A DNA stretch of 64,000 bases, taken from assembly GCA_037379345.1 (NCBI GenBank), contig CM074517.1, positions 15,004,001-15,068,000 on the forward strand, given 5' to 3'. The DNA is from Perna viridis. Taxonomy: Eukaryota. The first letter of the stretch is position 1, and every line of letters begins with the position of its first letter. The notes under the pieces are model-generated. The model searched no databases. It saw only the letters and a list, made by a program, of their open reading frames with translations, and had not been told where the DNA came from. The position numbers and the translations under genes are program-made. Shown in pieces: positions 47,768 to 62,258 of the stretch.

Positions 47768-47978
47768 AAAAACATGTTGATAGTTCGTCCTTGTTTCTAT
47801 TTCCTGGTAAAATATAAACGATTATAAAAACACATGCGCATGTTGAAATTTGCAGTTTATACTATTAGTTTATACTATGTCTATTTTATTTGATAAAGTC
47901 TCTTTTATCAGTAGATCTTTCAAAGCTCTTGATTTTTTATCATTCTTATTACCCATGATGTGCTTTAGTGTAAACAAA

Positions 47979-48280
47979 AAACAAGTAAACGACATATAAA
48001 TGGAACAAACAATTTTAAAGAATAAGATATGACCGCACGACATTGTTGGTCCATTTTGACCTAAAAGGACCTAAAAAGTCAGAGCTATAGTGACCACTTA
48101 TGTTTTGCAGTTCACTGAAAAAAAAAAACACCAAAAGCACGGGTGTACCTAGTTTCAATATTTTAGCCCACCTCCATAGGTATAAAAACTAAGTCGGAAT
48201 CTAAATCTAATTATGAGGAATCGTAGGCGGACGCACACGCACGTAAACTTAATATATGATTTTATGGATATGATATAATA
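47979..48280 (+). mobile_element. Possible non-autonomous Helentron/DINE-like remnant
   Basis: Starts AACAAG, has an internal TGACC-rich unit, a degenerate GGAC/GCAC microsatellite at 48226-48243 and a TATAATAA end. The resemblance is architectural only. Confidence 0.3.
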
Positions 48281-51200
48281 ACAAAAACAATAGCCCAATA
48301 CGGAGTTCTCTTCGTGTGCACTATTTTGTTTAACCAGAACAAATAATATAATTAAAATTAAATTTTAACTCTATTTAATGTGCACGATACAGGGTTACTA
48401 TTAAGCCTTAACTGTTGCCAAAACTCAAGGTACTTCTACGTTATCGTCGAGAATATAGGCGATATTTAGCGGTTAACCCTCTCTATAAATGATATTTAAT
48501 CGGCAGAGTCCAATCAGGAATTTTGCAAATCTGATACTTTAAGACAGCATAATATTGATATATTTGCACCAAAGCCAATATTTGTGAGTCTGTTTTGTAT
48601 TTTATGATCAATTAGAGATGTTCAATTTATCAAAGTACCGATCAAAAGTAATGTCCGCACCGAAGTTTGATCCATATCACCCACTTTATCAATAAGGGTT
48701 TCCCCTAAAGGTCAGTTGCTTCACAGGAATTGTGCTTGCAATAGACGGGGTTGCTTCAAAGGGGTTGTTCACTGCTAAAACATGGAAAGTATTTTGTTTA
48801 TCGGTTTGCATTTTCTTTGAAATCGTGGTTGTCTTTGGAAGTAATATCAATGTTATTTTACACCCATAATATTACAAACATTTATGCTACAAAATACCAA
48901 ACGCACAATCAAATAAAAAAAATAGTTTTGGAGAGCGCAGTATGTTGACTTCGGTCAAGTGTGGTCACAATATTAGTTTTTGACACACTGAAGCATATTG
49001 ACTTAAAGTTTATTATGGACACAACAACTTGTTTGGGCACCAAATATGAATATTCAATTGGAGGTGAAACAAGTTCTGTTTTAAAAAAGGGGGCTAATCA
49101 AAGACCTTTTCATAAGGAATCCAATAAAAAAGTTATTTCTTTGGGGGGGGGGAGGTTGGGACCCTCCTGGCCCTTATAACTCGAAAACCGTAAGAGATAT
49201 CTTAAATCTGATTGAGAAAAAATAGGAAGGGCTTTTCTTAAGGAAGTTAAATAAAAGAAAATCAAAATCGGGCCAAAAGTAAAAAGAAGTTTTTATGGGC
49301 GTGGTCCAACTTCGTTATCATTTAACTTCAAAATCTATCCTTTACTAAAACGTTTACAAACGGAACACATTGACACATCTGAAGTATCAGATTTGGGTTT
49401 GCAAAAAAACTTTATATCAACTCTACAATGATAACAAATGTTTCCTCTTTAAATCCCTGAATTTCAAAAGGGGTGAGGCAATAACTTCAGGACACCGTGA
49501 TGGGTCCCTAGGAAAGATGTGTTAATACCAGGTTCATACCATTATATGACCAAACCAAATTGTCTACGGTTGTATAGAAACCACTGAACTGTCACCGGGT
49601 ATCGTATTGGGTTATTTCCCTTTTGTTTGATTTTGCTGTTAATTAACCTAGAGATCCCCATATTGTTTGAAACAGAGAAAAACAACATATATTTTTGAAA
49701 CTTTGGTGTTTATTTTTTCATTGTATTGGTGTTTTTTTTTCTTTTTCTTTTCATTTATTTTTCATTGTACTGTTGTTTTTCCTTTTTCTTTTCTTTTTCT
49801 TCATTGTCTTGTAAAATCTAATTCAGAATTGTCTTTATCAATATTCTTAATGATTTTATGCGTGCCCTCAATGTTCCAGTGTTCCAATTTTCTTATATAT
49901 GCATTGTATATTATTGATGGGAGAAGGCTTCATAAGTTGGTAAAATTTGTGTCCTATCCCTTTGGTAGAATTAACAAATAAAATTGTTGTAAACTAAACA
50001 ACTGAGCACCATCTAGGAATAAAAAAGAAATTAGAAAGACCCTATTAAATCCTCTAAGCTAATTAAGGATTAAGTTGTGGATATTCTGTCATTGCGTTTT
50101 TTGCTTTGAACAAAAATTTCGATACATCAATTACAAAAATTTTGTTTTATCTAGATAGAAAAATACGTGCAATTAAATTCAAAATTGAGGATTCGAAAAT
50201 TGTGTTACATGGTATCATAAATATAAGGATTGTGTTACATAAGAGAATATAGGATTTCTTTACACGGGTTAAAAATAACATCAATCAGTTGTTAGAACAA
50301 AGGACGACAACACAAAAGAAACATGCACATTCGTTATCAGTGGAATACACTAGAGAAAAGAGGTTATATATTTATATGTCTCTTAGCAACAGTAAATTTA
50401 TGTCAATGTTAAAAAGGCAAGTCAAGGTGTAGAAATTGTTATAAATAAAATTCCGCCATCTTTCCTTGTACAAGTAGTCGATTGATTAGAGTATTGCATG
50501 ACAAATAAGCATTTTGTGCAATGTCATTTTTATAGCTATGAGATCAAAGACCTAAACATTGTTGTAATCTCGTCAACTCATTCAAAACATAACATTTAAT
50601 TGGGACATATTAAACCATGTATGAATCATATTTTACTATTTTACAAAATTTTAGTGAATAAATGTCTTCACAGCTAGTGCGACAGATTGGTAACTTTAAT
50701 GACTTTATCGTAAATAGTCAGCGTCCTGAAATCTTTTGGCTGTTAGATACGTATGTTTCATCAACATGAAAAATATAATTTTGTGTATAAACACTACATG
50801 TCAATAATAACAAAAAAAAGGAAAAAAAAACGATGGGCGGATTCTAGTCTAGTTCCATGCCAATTTTGCCCATAGACATAATTATCTAATCAATCTCATG
50901 ACTAGCATGTCATCATGTTTCAGAGTAAAATTTGCTTTTCTTTATAGAATCCTATGCTTATAACTGAAAAGTCTGGAGAATGGAAATCATACGTACAGTT
51001 AATAGATCAACAAAAATTCGGTTTGGTAAGGAAGAATTACTACGTGAGAAAAGGGAGCGCCTTTAAATCACTGCATGCCAATCTCCCTTTTGAAAATTTC
51101 TGTGCCTAGTCCCATGATACACCTGCTTCCTGCTTGTAAGATATTTATATACATGTATATTTTATTTCTTTTTTATTGCTATATTGCTATACCGTGTACA

Positions 51201-54088
51201 TGATATCTTGTTTACAGTACATGCAGATATCGATAATAAAAAAAAGTTTCATGCGTTTAACGATGCTCACATTTTTGTGGATTTCTGGTAATTCAATTTC
51301 CTCAAAGTTTCTACGTTTTTATTATTTGTCTCTGCTCGGTATTTGACCATTTACATTTTATTTAGGATATCGCGTGGACAGATTTTTAAATTTTTTTGGT
51401 TGGTCTTTAAGGGAGGGACCAACTTTAATCTAACTTAAACCTCATTCTAGACGAGCCTAAACCTTTTTTCCCTTGTTTATTCAACTGATAACGGATGCTA
51501 CATGTTTATATAAACCAAAGATGAGACAAATATGATGATATACATTTGAGCTGAGCCTGATTTGTTTCTAATTCGTTACCCACATCAACTGACATACATG
51601 TTGTATCTGAAACTTAGTGCACATAAACATATCTGTTCGGAATAATGATTATTGATAAGGAAGACGGAAGTACTAAATATATGCGAGGATTGTTAGAATC
51701 TGCCCATCCTTAGTCAAGAAAAAACAGCAACCGACCTTGATCTGTTAACCAAATAAGGAAATGAACTGCACTGTAGCCTTGCCAGCAAATCAAAATGATG
51801 ATAACTATGCGTTTATTTTCCCGTCTGGAACTTAAAAAGCTACGATCATTCTTTAGTTATCACAAATTGAAAATGAAGTTTCTGATAATAGCTGGAATCT
51901 CATTCGGATAAGATCTTGTACAGCGCCAATGGAGGTCTTCAGAGGACTCAATCTACTCCGGTATCGATTCCTTAGTATCAGACAAATTCATTCTCAAATT
52001 GATGTCGGTATTTCAAATCTTGTTAAAAGCTTTCTTCTGTAAGAACGTAGAATATCTCATTTAGCTGTATTTATGGGACAGGGTTCGATAAGAGCAGATC
52101 TCTCGAGCACTGCCTTACTCTTTACTAAGAAACTCCTCTGTGGTTAGAACTGCATTTTACGAGGGAAGTAGACCGTTTTTGAAAACAATATATAAATATA
52201 TGAATAAACTCTATGTGGTTGGTTAAGCATTAAGGTTAAGAATAAAATATGTAATTCAATTAAATTTTAAATAAATCTTTATAGGTTAAAATATCGCATC
52301 CTATTTCAATTTCTTTTAAACTTATTCTATTCTAGAACACCTTATTGCAATTAAACGTCATAGATGACCCCCTAGAAATTCACAACAATTAAACTATAAA
52401 GAGATTGTAAACAAGGATAAATAAGGACAAACTAAGTTATCATGCCTGTCTGTTTTCTTGAAGCAAGACATAATTTTAAAATTTGACGTTAATGTTTTAC
52501 CAATGAAAGCTTATGACGGCCGCTAATTAATGTGACTTATTGTGTTAAATTTGTAATATTGCCTCGCGTGGACATTAAGATCTATATCGAATCTATAATT
52601 GATATGTACAATTGAAGGCTTCAAATCGGCCCTATGGCACCAAAAAATCATGTTATAAAATATACTAGTTATTCTTGATACACATGTATGCAGTATTGTA
52701 CATCTACTTGTACACCCTAAGGTTATTTTCGTCACCTTCATCAATTTCATAAAAACCGCCATGACGAGTTAATTGATTGTTTCTATGTATCGCAGTTTTC
52801 GGTACATTCTCAGTAGATTGATGAACAATGGGGGGAGTTTCAATCAACAAATATGAATGTATTCTCTGGATTATTATTAATTGTTATCCACGATACTGAA
52901 TAAAACTAAGAATAACACAGGTAAAACATCGTGATGCACATTTCTCACTTTAAGAGACGGTTTCTTCCACGATTAGAGTTTCTATCTGGGCATAACACTA
53001 TCAGTATGCACCATAAATGTATCTTTTTATTGAGGCAGATCAAACTGCAAGATTTGCTTTTCTCTGCAATTGAACAAGGAAGCTACACAAAAGCTAGATG
53101 ATGCAGATTAACCATATTGCATAACATGTATTGCATGCTTCAGTTTTACATAGAACAGTACCATTATTACAAAATAAAGATATCCGATTTATTCAAATTT
53201 GTTAATGGATACGGACGTAATCAATTAGTTTAATGGAAAAAAAAGTGCAATATATTCAGGAGATGGAAAATTCGTATTGGGGGCACAAAGTTAATTCCCT
53301 ATTTTTGCCACCTACTAGTATTTTTTCGAAATAGAGTAAGGATGAAAACGGAAAAGGCTATGTTCAAAACTGAGCACCAGACATGACAAAAGAAAATCAA
53401 CTCGTCAAGTGTTTCTAGGGAATACTTTTGTCTTCTGTCCTTTGATTTATCTTATAAATGATACATTAAACCCACATGTATTTATGAGTGTTGAATCTTT
53501 ACAATGTCTTGAATTATTTACAAAAAAGGTATACTAGCACTACATTTGGTTTTTATGTATAGTGGCTATTTACGCCAATAGTTATCAGAGTGTATACATA
53601 GACAAGTTTTACGGTCAATTTACACAATTCTCTTTCATTAGGTGGTTGGAGAAATTAAAAAAAAATAAAAGACAAATAGATGGAAGTAATGGAAGGAACG
53701 AAAGCAAATATATTCAAATTAAATCAACGAGGCAGTAAATATATTTTTAAATATAGGATATCTTTTGCTAAGAATGGGGCGCAGGCCCTTGTGTTCAGAG
53801 ATAATATAAAGATCGTCGGGTAATAGCAGTTCTCCTGGGGATTTCGTCTCCATTTCGAAACCGAAATAACTGTTGCACCTATTAAAAACGTAATAACATT
53901 GATGTTTCTAACGGATAAAGATTTTGTGAACGTTCGAAAGTATGGCAATTTGCTTATATTATTAACATGAATTGTAAATGATTTTAATTGTCATGTGGTT
54001 CACCGGATTAGTCATCAAATTTACACATTTTCTTTTGCGTATTGTTGCTTTGTTACAAATCATGTTATCAATAATACCAACGAAACAA

Positions 54089-54121
<33 letters not shown>
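54089..54121. repeat. (AAT)11 microsatellite
   Basis: Perfect AAT run. Confidence 0.97.
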
Positions 54122-54843
54122 CACAACTGATTTTATACACCTCATTTGGTCTATATATTAATACATGTGAACAGATGTAAAATTTACAGCGACGTAGAGG
54201 TAAATAATCATATTAATGAACACCTACATATCAAACATGTTTGCTGATAATTAGAATTTTCTCTTCTTCCTGAAAAAAGGCAAGATATTTATAAAAAAAT
54301 ACATAGAAATATAACGAAATCGAAATGCTTAGTTGTAATTTCACAGTTATCTCGCTTTGACTGTAGAGAAAAGAAACAACGTTACAACTTCTATAAATAC
54401 ATGTACTTGAATTAAAAAAAAAGAAATGAATGAACTACTTCTTATAAGTGTTTGCTTGATGACTGTTCAATGACATATCTTCACAAATGTTTTACTGCAT
54501 GTGCATAATGTACGTCCTTTACTTCAGATGGTGATATATTTCAAAGTTCAAAGTTCGAAGTATATTGTTTTATCAATATTGGGCCAACGGGGCCTATGAC
54601 AAATCAATATTTATAATTAAAATACACCGATACATGTATTAAGACAACTTAAGACGCACAATAATAGTTTTTTGTACAATCATGTACATTCATGTACAAT
54701 TTTATCAACAACATAAGCATTTAAAATACTATTGTTCGGTAAACATTAATAATAAATAAACAAACTGGTATAATTTCTACAGCAGAAATACTTTAAGTAG
54801 TAGTCTTTGTAAGAATCATGCAAATACTATAGTATGTGATACA

Positions 54844-54853
54844 CCCCCCCCCC

Positions 54854-54880
<27 letters not shown>
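54844..54880. repeat. C10-A27 homopolymer tract
   Basis: Directly visible. Confidence 0.97.
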
Positions 54881-54884
<4 letters not shown>

Positions 54885-57071
54885 CACATTTTTATTTTTG
54901 TCATTATGTTGCGTTATAGGTCCGTATGAAAAATGTATAATTATTCATTCAAATATATCTGCTATTAGAAGATAGTCCACGTTGAAAGTCCAACAGGTTC
55001 TATTGTATTTTTGTTTCGTTTACAGAGTTATCTCCCTTATATTTTAATTCTACAGTGCATTCTATATAATTTTCATCTCCTATGAACAGGGGTTATGTAA
55101 AAAGCCACATGTTAATTTCTGTTTACTATAACATTTTATTAATCATTATATCAAAAATTGAAATATGTAGGCTTTCCAACCAGGACTCACATTTTGCATG
55201 ATTCTTAGCTTTTGCAGTAGTACTTAATTACAATGTACTTTTAAGAAACGCTAATTACAGTATTATTTGAATAAGTATGAATAATTCAAATTCCCAATAG
55301 TTGGGTAAAAATAAAATTCATACTGACATCAGAAGTCTCAGATGAGTCAACCAAGTCAATAGCCGCATGGTTACATTGGAATAAAACATAGAAAGACAAA
55401 GTAGATCACACTGTCATATTACTCCATTTTGTATTTAAATATTTAAAACTTTTAAAATACGTTCGCCACCTCCACAAACAAAAGTTTATTCCATAACCAT
55501 GCTCTATTTTTCAGCGTGTAAAGATACACATACACTCGCACTGAAGTCCTCCACATTTATTGTACCATTTAAGGTACCATACAGGAAAGCTGAAATCTGC
55601 TTTAATCAACTCATTGAATTTAAAACGAGAGCATGCCACACAGCTTGGGCCGTGTTCTATGTTGAAGGCTGTTTAATGTCTCTTTGATTTAGGTTTTGGA
55701 AGGTGATTTATAGTATGAATAAAGAGATGTAAAAAGTTAGACAAAACAAGGCAATAACTACCTTTTCTACTGTGAGGAACGTAGAGAAAAGAGGACACAC
55801 GTATACCTATGATTTTTCGTTCATTACGTTCATGTTAAGCATAGCATTGGAATATTATGAAGATAGTTTGATACAAATGAAGGTTATTTGAATAGGGCAT
55901 CGAAAGTATCACGGAAAAAAGCGTGACTCTGAAGAGTAATACTGAGGCAAACATCAAGAAACCAAAACATAACACACAGAAGACTTAAACAACGCATACA
56001 TCACTAAATAATTGGTTCTTTCGTTAGCTGCAGCGTTCTCTGTTACAATGGAATCACCTGTGATTGGCTTTAAGGGTCAAGTCCAGCAAAAAATACTGTG
56101 TCACGAATATAAGAAAATAAATCTTGTCATAGGAGCACCTGATCAGTCAAATACTCAGCTTGTTTTTAGTATATAACATCTATAGCTGTAACTTATTTCT
56201 TTTGTTTACGCATCATATAAAGTCTGGAAATTATTGTTTGAGCATCAATGCCACGCTGACACAAAATCCTTATAATATTCGTTTAAGAAAATGAAACCGA
56301 GTTCTTTGGTCCGAGATAACTTTTGCTAATGTATATAGTTGGAATCGCCTGATACGTAAATTGATTTATCTGCGATAGGTGTTGAAAATTGATTAAAAAT
56401 GTTTTTATATGGAAAAATATTTTGACACAGATCTTTAATTTATTCTGGTTGTTATTGTTTATCTAGATTCCCCTGCAATGATTAGTTCTTGTCGTCAAAA
56501 TTAATGGTTTTTCTTTAAAAAAAATCTGCAGATCAATACCGTTTTGCAAGTACAAGGAGTACAAACAATAATATCACTGATAAAAAGCAAAATAATTAAT
56601 GTTCCGGTTAAGACCTGTTATGCAATAAATCTGCATCAAAGGAGTCATCGATCAGATCCATGTACCAGGAAATGTTTATGATTAGTATAAATGTCAAAAG
56701 GATAACTTCAAAGATGTTAGTATTAATGATATCGATAGCAATAGTCAAAAACAAATGTGGGAATTTATCGGTGAGAATCAAGATAAAAACATCGAAAATT
56801 TCAGATTATGGTTTGGATGATATCCAAAGTAATGGAATTTTCAAATAAACATGGTAATGATGCAAGATTGCATTTACGAAACGAAAATCTTACAGTTACT
56901 TCCCTTTGGCTGGAAAGAAATATTCTTCCACAACAGGCTATCCAATATTCGAAATTCAGAAATGATTAGACACTACCTAACAAAAAATATTTCCCATATA
57001 GCTAAAATTTTAACAAAAATTTATACACCCCAGCCACCCCACATAAACCAACCAACAAACAAACGAAAACA

Positions 57072-57201
57072 NNNNNNNNNNNNNNNNNNNNNNNNNNNNN
57101 NNNNNNNNNNNNNNNNNNNNNNNNNNNNNNNNNNNNNNNNNNNNNNNNNNNNNNNNNNNNNNNNNNNNNNNNNNNNNNNNNNNNNNNNNNNNNNNNNNNN
57201 N
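57072..57201. other. Assembly gap (130 N)
   Basis: Run of N, preceded by low-complexity CCAA/CAAA repeats. Confidence 1.
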
Positions 57202-59843
57202 CGAGTACATTGCGTCCAGCTTTTCGATGATATCATAACACGGTTAAGATCAGGTCAACGAAGGTTACATATATATTTGGTTTACATCGGAACCAACTTC
57301 GAATGAAACTAAATTGTCGGATATGCATTTTCATTATACAATACAATAATACATTATTAGATATACAAGTCCTATATATGTTGGTTACCGTCATGTTCCC
57401 GCAGGTTGAAAAGAGCGGATACACGTTTTCTATATTTTATTACTGTTTCGGCTAACAACAGACCAAATAAAAAAGCCTTTAATCAATCTATAAAAAAAAA
57501 CGTTTTTCTGTTTAAAAATATTTCAAATTATTTAAAAGTTGTTTTGAGTACATGCACAGTTGCAAATTGATATTCTGATTCATAAATAACATGTAAACCT
57601 TAAGTAAAGTGCTTTGAGATAGTTGAAATTTCTTTCACATGTTGTGTAAAAACTGGCTCGTGTTTATACATTTTAATTCAGTAAAGACTTTAATGCTATT
57701 ATCTCAAGTACAAATGCCACTCAGATATACAGCTGTGACATTCTCCATGATTTTTTGAAGTCAAAGGGGGACTACTCTATGATGAATGTGTTTTTCAAGA
57801 ACAGTAATCTGTACAAACGATATTGAATGACTGACATTCATTGAGCCATGTAATGTATTTACAAAAGGCTGAAGAATCTCATCGGTGTAAATGGTGGACA
57901 GACAGGAGACCACACAGCTCCCAAAAGGATTAAGCCAGGTTTGTAGTTCATAGTAAAATAAATCTGTTTGAAAAACACATTTATTACTTTTAACAAATGT
58001 TTATTGAATTGACATATATCTTCTTAGGTTTGCGGGGTTAGACAAAGATGTAGAATATTCGTCGCTGGGAAAGACTTTGAAAACACATTAATTTGTCTAA
58101 CAGGCGATGTTCTCATCCGCAAATTTTATACAACACGATTTTACTGTTGATTTTATAAATGCAATAAATCTTCCTACTTGTAATACATCTTATTCCAAAG
58201 ACAATAAATCAAAAGAGCAGAGAACGTGTAAAAGTCACCCTTTACTTAAATCCACGTGCGCGCGTGCAGATGTGACATAAGAGATACATCCAGATGTGTC
58301 TGTCACTATTGTGTGATTAGTATAATTATGAAAACAGAAAATAGGAAAAATATAGACTTCAAATCACCGTTCAATTTTGGTGCGCTTATTTTGTATTATA
58401 ATTAGATCTCGTATCTACTTAATATTTCTCGACATTGGAATAATTGTTATTATATTGTGAATGTTTACATTCATACGAAACCACGGGAGGTGAAAAATTG
58501 TGAGACAAATATCATTTTTTAATGAATGTGCTTCTTTGTTCATATATGTATATTTCTGTTTATATATTATTTTAAATGTAGCCTACACAAATGTTTTGTA
58601 ATAATGCATAGTTGTTAAATTTCAGTAACTAGGCTTCATGCTGTGTCATGTTGTTTCTATATTTATACTAAGAGTTGCCTTTCTTACCACACAAGTTGAT
58701 ATCTGTACCAGAAAGCTGTTTATACATTGTTTATGCAGCATCTTCGACTTTATGTCATGCCTTATAAAGGGTCAAAGTAATTTTAACTAAATACGTCATA
58801 ATTATACGTCATAGGTGTACGTCATAAAACAAATTATAACTTTGTTTTGCTTAATGCATTCATTATAATTTTTCATATATTCCACCAGTCCAAAGTACTC
58901 AGTAGTTGGTTATATCACGTTTTCATTATTGTTCCTATGATTGATTCTCTTTATGTTTATACGAACCTAATGCAATGGTAAGTGCTGTACGAAACCAACG
59001 TCACTGAAGGCCGTACGAAACCAACTTCTCGAAAAATCACCATTTAAATTAAATGACAGAGTGGTACTTATTTTTGACCACGTAATTTTCCATTGATTTG
59101 ATAAAATGCGGTTTCCGATTTTTAATAAACTTTCCACAAAATTATAACTATTTTTTTCTATGCTGTAGTTTGAACATTGAAAATATGTAGACTTAAAAAC
59201 TATAATTATTACCTTCTTTGACAACATACATACATATAGGGTCAATGATGCATATGACCTTCACCTGATAGTGACGAGTCGGTCAAACAACAAGGAACCG
59301 AAACTTGAAATGACGAAATAATCATGAAAACGTCAGTTTATATTCACGTTTTTCGTGATGGATTGAGGGCACGACGTGTATAGCGACATCTAGGACAGGT
59401 TTACGACATCCCGTCAGTAGGTTTCACATCTGAATTTTGTATTATTTCGACAGTTATGTCGAAACCTATTACCATTGGAAATAAATAGCTTCGGTTACCG
59501 GAATAATTTATGGTATATTCAATTCCACCATTTATCATATACAAGTTTTAACTTCAACAAAGTTCTACATTATTTGTTCGACATGATTATACGGAAAGCT
59601 AGGGCAGAAGAATTTAATAGATGCATTAGTTCTGATCGCGAAATTCGACTTTAAACGACTCAATTTTAAAACAAAACCAAATACGTGTAGTTTTGATAGT
59701 ATATATTTTTTTTAAATTCTTTTTCTACAGAAAGTTTTCTGAACTTACGAAGTAAACACGATATTCAGGGAAACAGCAATCCTAGTGTCGTACTGCGCTG
59801 TATGTGAAATGGATACATATACTTTGTTTTTAGAACTTGTTGT

Positions 59844-61026
59844 AAGAGAATAATCAAGGGAACCGAGATTCTGGCAAAAATCAAAAGAATGCAATTCTGG
59901 GAAAAAGACCAAACATGTAAAACAGGCAATCACAACAAAGGACATAAAGTAAATAAAATAATACATACAAAATAACAAAACTAAATGAGTAACTCGTACT
60001 CCACTAAAAACTGCATGGGAGCTTGGACCAGGTGCACCAGTAGGGTAAGCATCCTCTGCATTTCTAGTTACACCCACCGAGTTGCTTATAAAAAGTCAAG
60101 TCCCGGGTAGACGAAAGAGGAAAGGAAAACCATGACACGTTGAAACATGCAACATAACCCTGTTCAGGAAGCCTAATTGTAAGAAGTCTAGCGGGATACA
60201 AAAAGTGCGTAGTTACGGTAAGCTCTGGCATAACGTAGAGTTGTGATATGAAAACTCCATACGCAGGTGCTGAAGGGATGTTGTCACAGATGAGAGGAAA
60301 GTTGACAATTCTGAATGAAAAGTCATCACGTTTGTCGTTAATTTTGGTCAATAGTTTTCCTTTACCTTCGATCTCTAAGTGTAGGTCAAGATGTGATGCT
60401 GACTTCACAGTGTCTGTAGTATCCTTTATCCCAAGTTCTTTTGGGTAGACGCGACATATCAAATCCCCGAAACTAGGATTGTTTACGTCATCTGTATAGC
60501 GGAAACTGATATTAAAGGATCTAGCTAAATGATAGTCTTTCTTTAGGATCTGATCAGCTACAGCAACTAGAGGAGCACAATTTGTTCCCACTGGAATGCC
60601 GACCGTGTTGAAAAACGCGTCCACCGCACTGGACGGAAATGTTTTCGATAAAAAAATTCCAGCATTTTGAAAACATCCTCTCCTGTTACAAAGTATGAAG
60701 AATCTCTACCAAGAACTACATATTTATATCTAGGTATACCATCTTCTTTGGAGAAACAACGATATATAATGTTTTAAGTCGGGATTTCAACTGAGTATGG
60801 AGAATAGAAGTATACAGTGTTGAAAAATCATAGGTTTTAATGCTATTATATTTTAATAATAATCTTGAATTGAGGGTCTCCGGAAGATTTTTCGAATTTT
60901 TCAGGATCCACATTTAATTGATACCACTACGGTAGTAAAAAGTGTTATGGTGGGACTGCAGACCCTCTTTGACAACCGTGAGTATAGAAGAGGCTTGATG
61001 GTACATTCTGCAGATCCAGCTATGTA
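59844..61026 (-). mobile_element. Decayed, 5'-truncated Penelope-like retroelement (RT remnant plus 3' tail; probably Naiad-type)
   Basis: Minus-strand translation gives PLE RT motifs in order: YIAGSAECTIKP, MWILKNSK, NSIKTYDFSTLYTSI, GIPVGTNCAP (60571-60600), FRYTDD (60487-60504), LDLHLEI, DKRDDFSFRIVNFP, NIPSAPAYGVFISQL. These are broken by stops, frameshifts and deletions. The non-coding tail 59844-60145 is repeated elsewhere in the window. The clade assignment is from memory of motifs only. Confidence 0.88.
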
Positions 61027-61201
61027 ACTGAAGAACTGAAATCAAGACAATATGAAACTAGTATCGTCAATCTAATGTATAACAGTATTCTGAACTCACA
61101 AATTCATGATAAGGAAGTGATTTATGGTGTAGAAAAACCCAACGAACAAACGTTGTTCTCTGTGTATATATGCTTTATTTTTATGTACTGGTATCCCTCT
61201 C

Positions 61202-61532
61202 TGTATTCAGATCTGTATTATTGAGAAAACCATACATTCATATCTCACTAAAATTTACCAAATCGAATAAAACGATGAACGATAATTCTTGTAATATGCC
61301 AATTTCATACACAATCTATGTTATTTTTATCCAGAAACTGCAACAACCGAATGACTAACAAAGACTGGTTATGTGGTCTGTAACAGAACGACTAACTAAG
61401 ACTGGTTATGTGGTCTGTAACAGAACGGCAAACTAAGACTGGTTATGTGGTCTTAACAGTTTCTGCATAAGACATAAAAGTGAATGGGACATATATACAT
61501 GAATCGCCTCCTGTCTGATTTTTATAAAGACT
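61202..61532 (+). repeat. Unclassified dispersed repeat, copy B (with internal 37-bp triplication)
   Basis: Colinear with 62008-62258: CAGATCTGTAT, ATACATTCAT, TATTTTTATC, ACTGGTTAT, TTAACAGTTTC, CATGAATC.CCTCCTGT. Confidence 0.8.
61353..61459 (+). repeat. 37-bp minisatellite, ~3 copies
   Basis: AAGACTGGTTATGTGGTCT starts at 61361, 61398 and 61435. Confidence 0.95.
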
Positions 61533-62007
61533 TATACTTAATAAAAAAATTCTGAAGAGTTAAGTATGTATTGAAAAGTACATGTAACTACGACAAAGTC
61601 TTGAGTAACAATTAGGCACGAAAAACTTATAGAGAGTATCACCGCAAATATAAGGAAAATTGACAATTCGAAATAAAAAGTAAAATAAATGTTCCTTCAA
61701 TGAATTCTAAAAGTAACTGTAATATTTTTTCCATGAGATTAACAAGTATATTAATTGTTTCTTTTTTTTGGGAGGGGGGTTCTTTATTTTCTCTTTGAAA
61801 AACAGCAATATACATGTAAAATGACTTAGATTTCAAATGCGTGGAATTGTACAGAACCTTAATTGTTGTATGTTGAAAAAAGTCCTTAGTTAAGAGTTCG
61901 AAAAACTAATGATTCAGTAGGAGGCTCAGTTCTTATGATATATTTGAAAATAATGATAGTTTTTTTTATCTTCTTTTGCCATATTTCTACGTAACTATGG
62001 TTCTTTG

Positions 62008-62258
62008 TGTATACAGATCTGTATGTGGAGAAAACTATACATTCATCTCCCACATAAATCACCCAAATAAAGAACGACAACTAACGCAAAGTACCAATTT
62101 CATGCACAATCATATGTATTTTTATCTCCAAACTGCAAATATCGAATGGCAAACGAATACTGGTTATATGGTCTTTAACAGTTTCCCGAATAAGAAATTA
62201 AAGTGGACTTCGTGGGTTTTTTAGACACATGAATCACCTCCTGTTTGATTAAGAGACT
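62008..62258 (+). repeat. Unclassified dispersed repeat, copy C
   Basis: Diverged direct copy of 61202-61532 carrying only one copy of the 37-bp unit. Confidence 0.8.

Noticed and set aside
56851-57306. ORFs spanning the N run
   Set aside because: Artefacts of the assembly gap.
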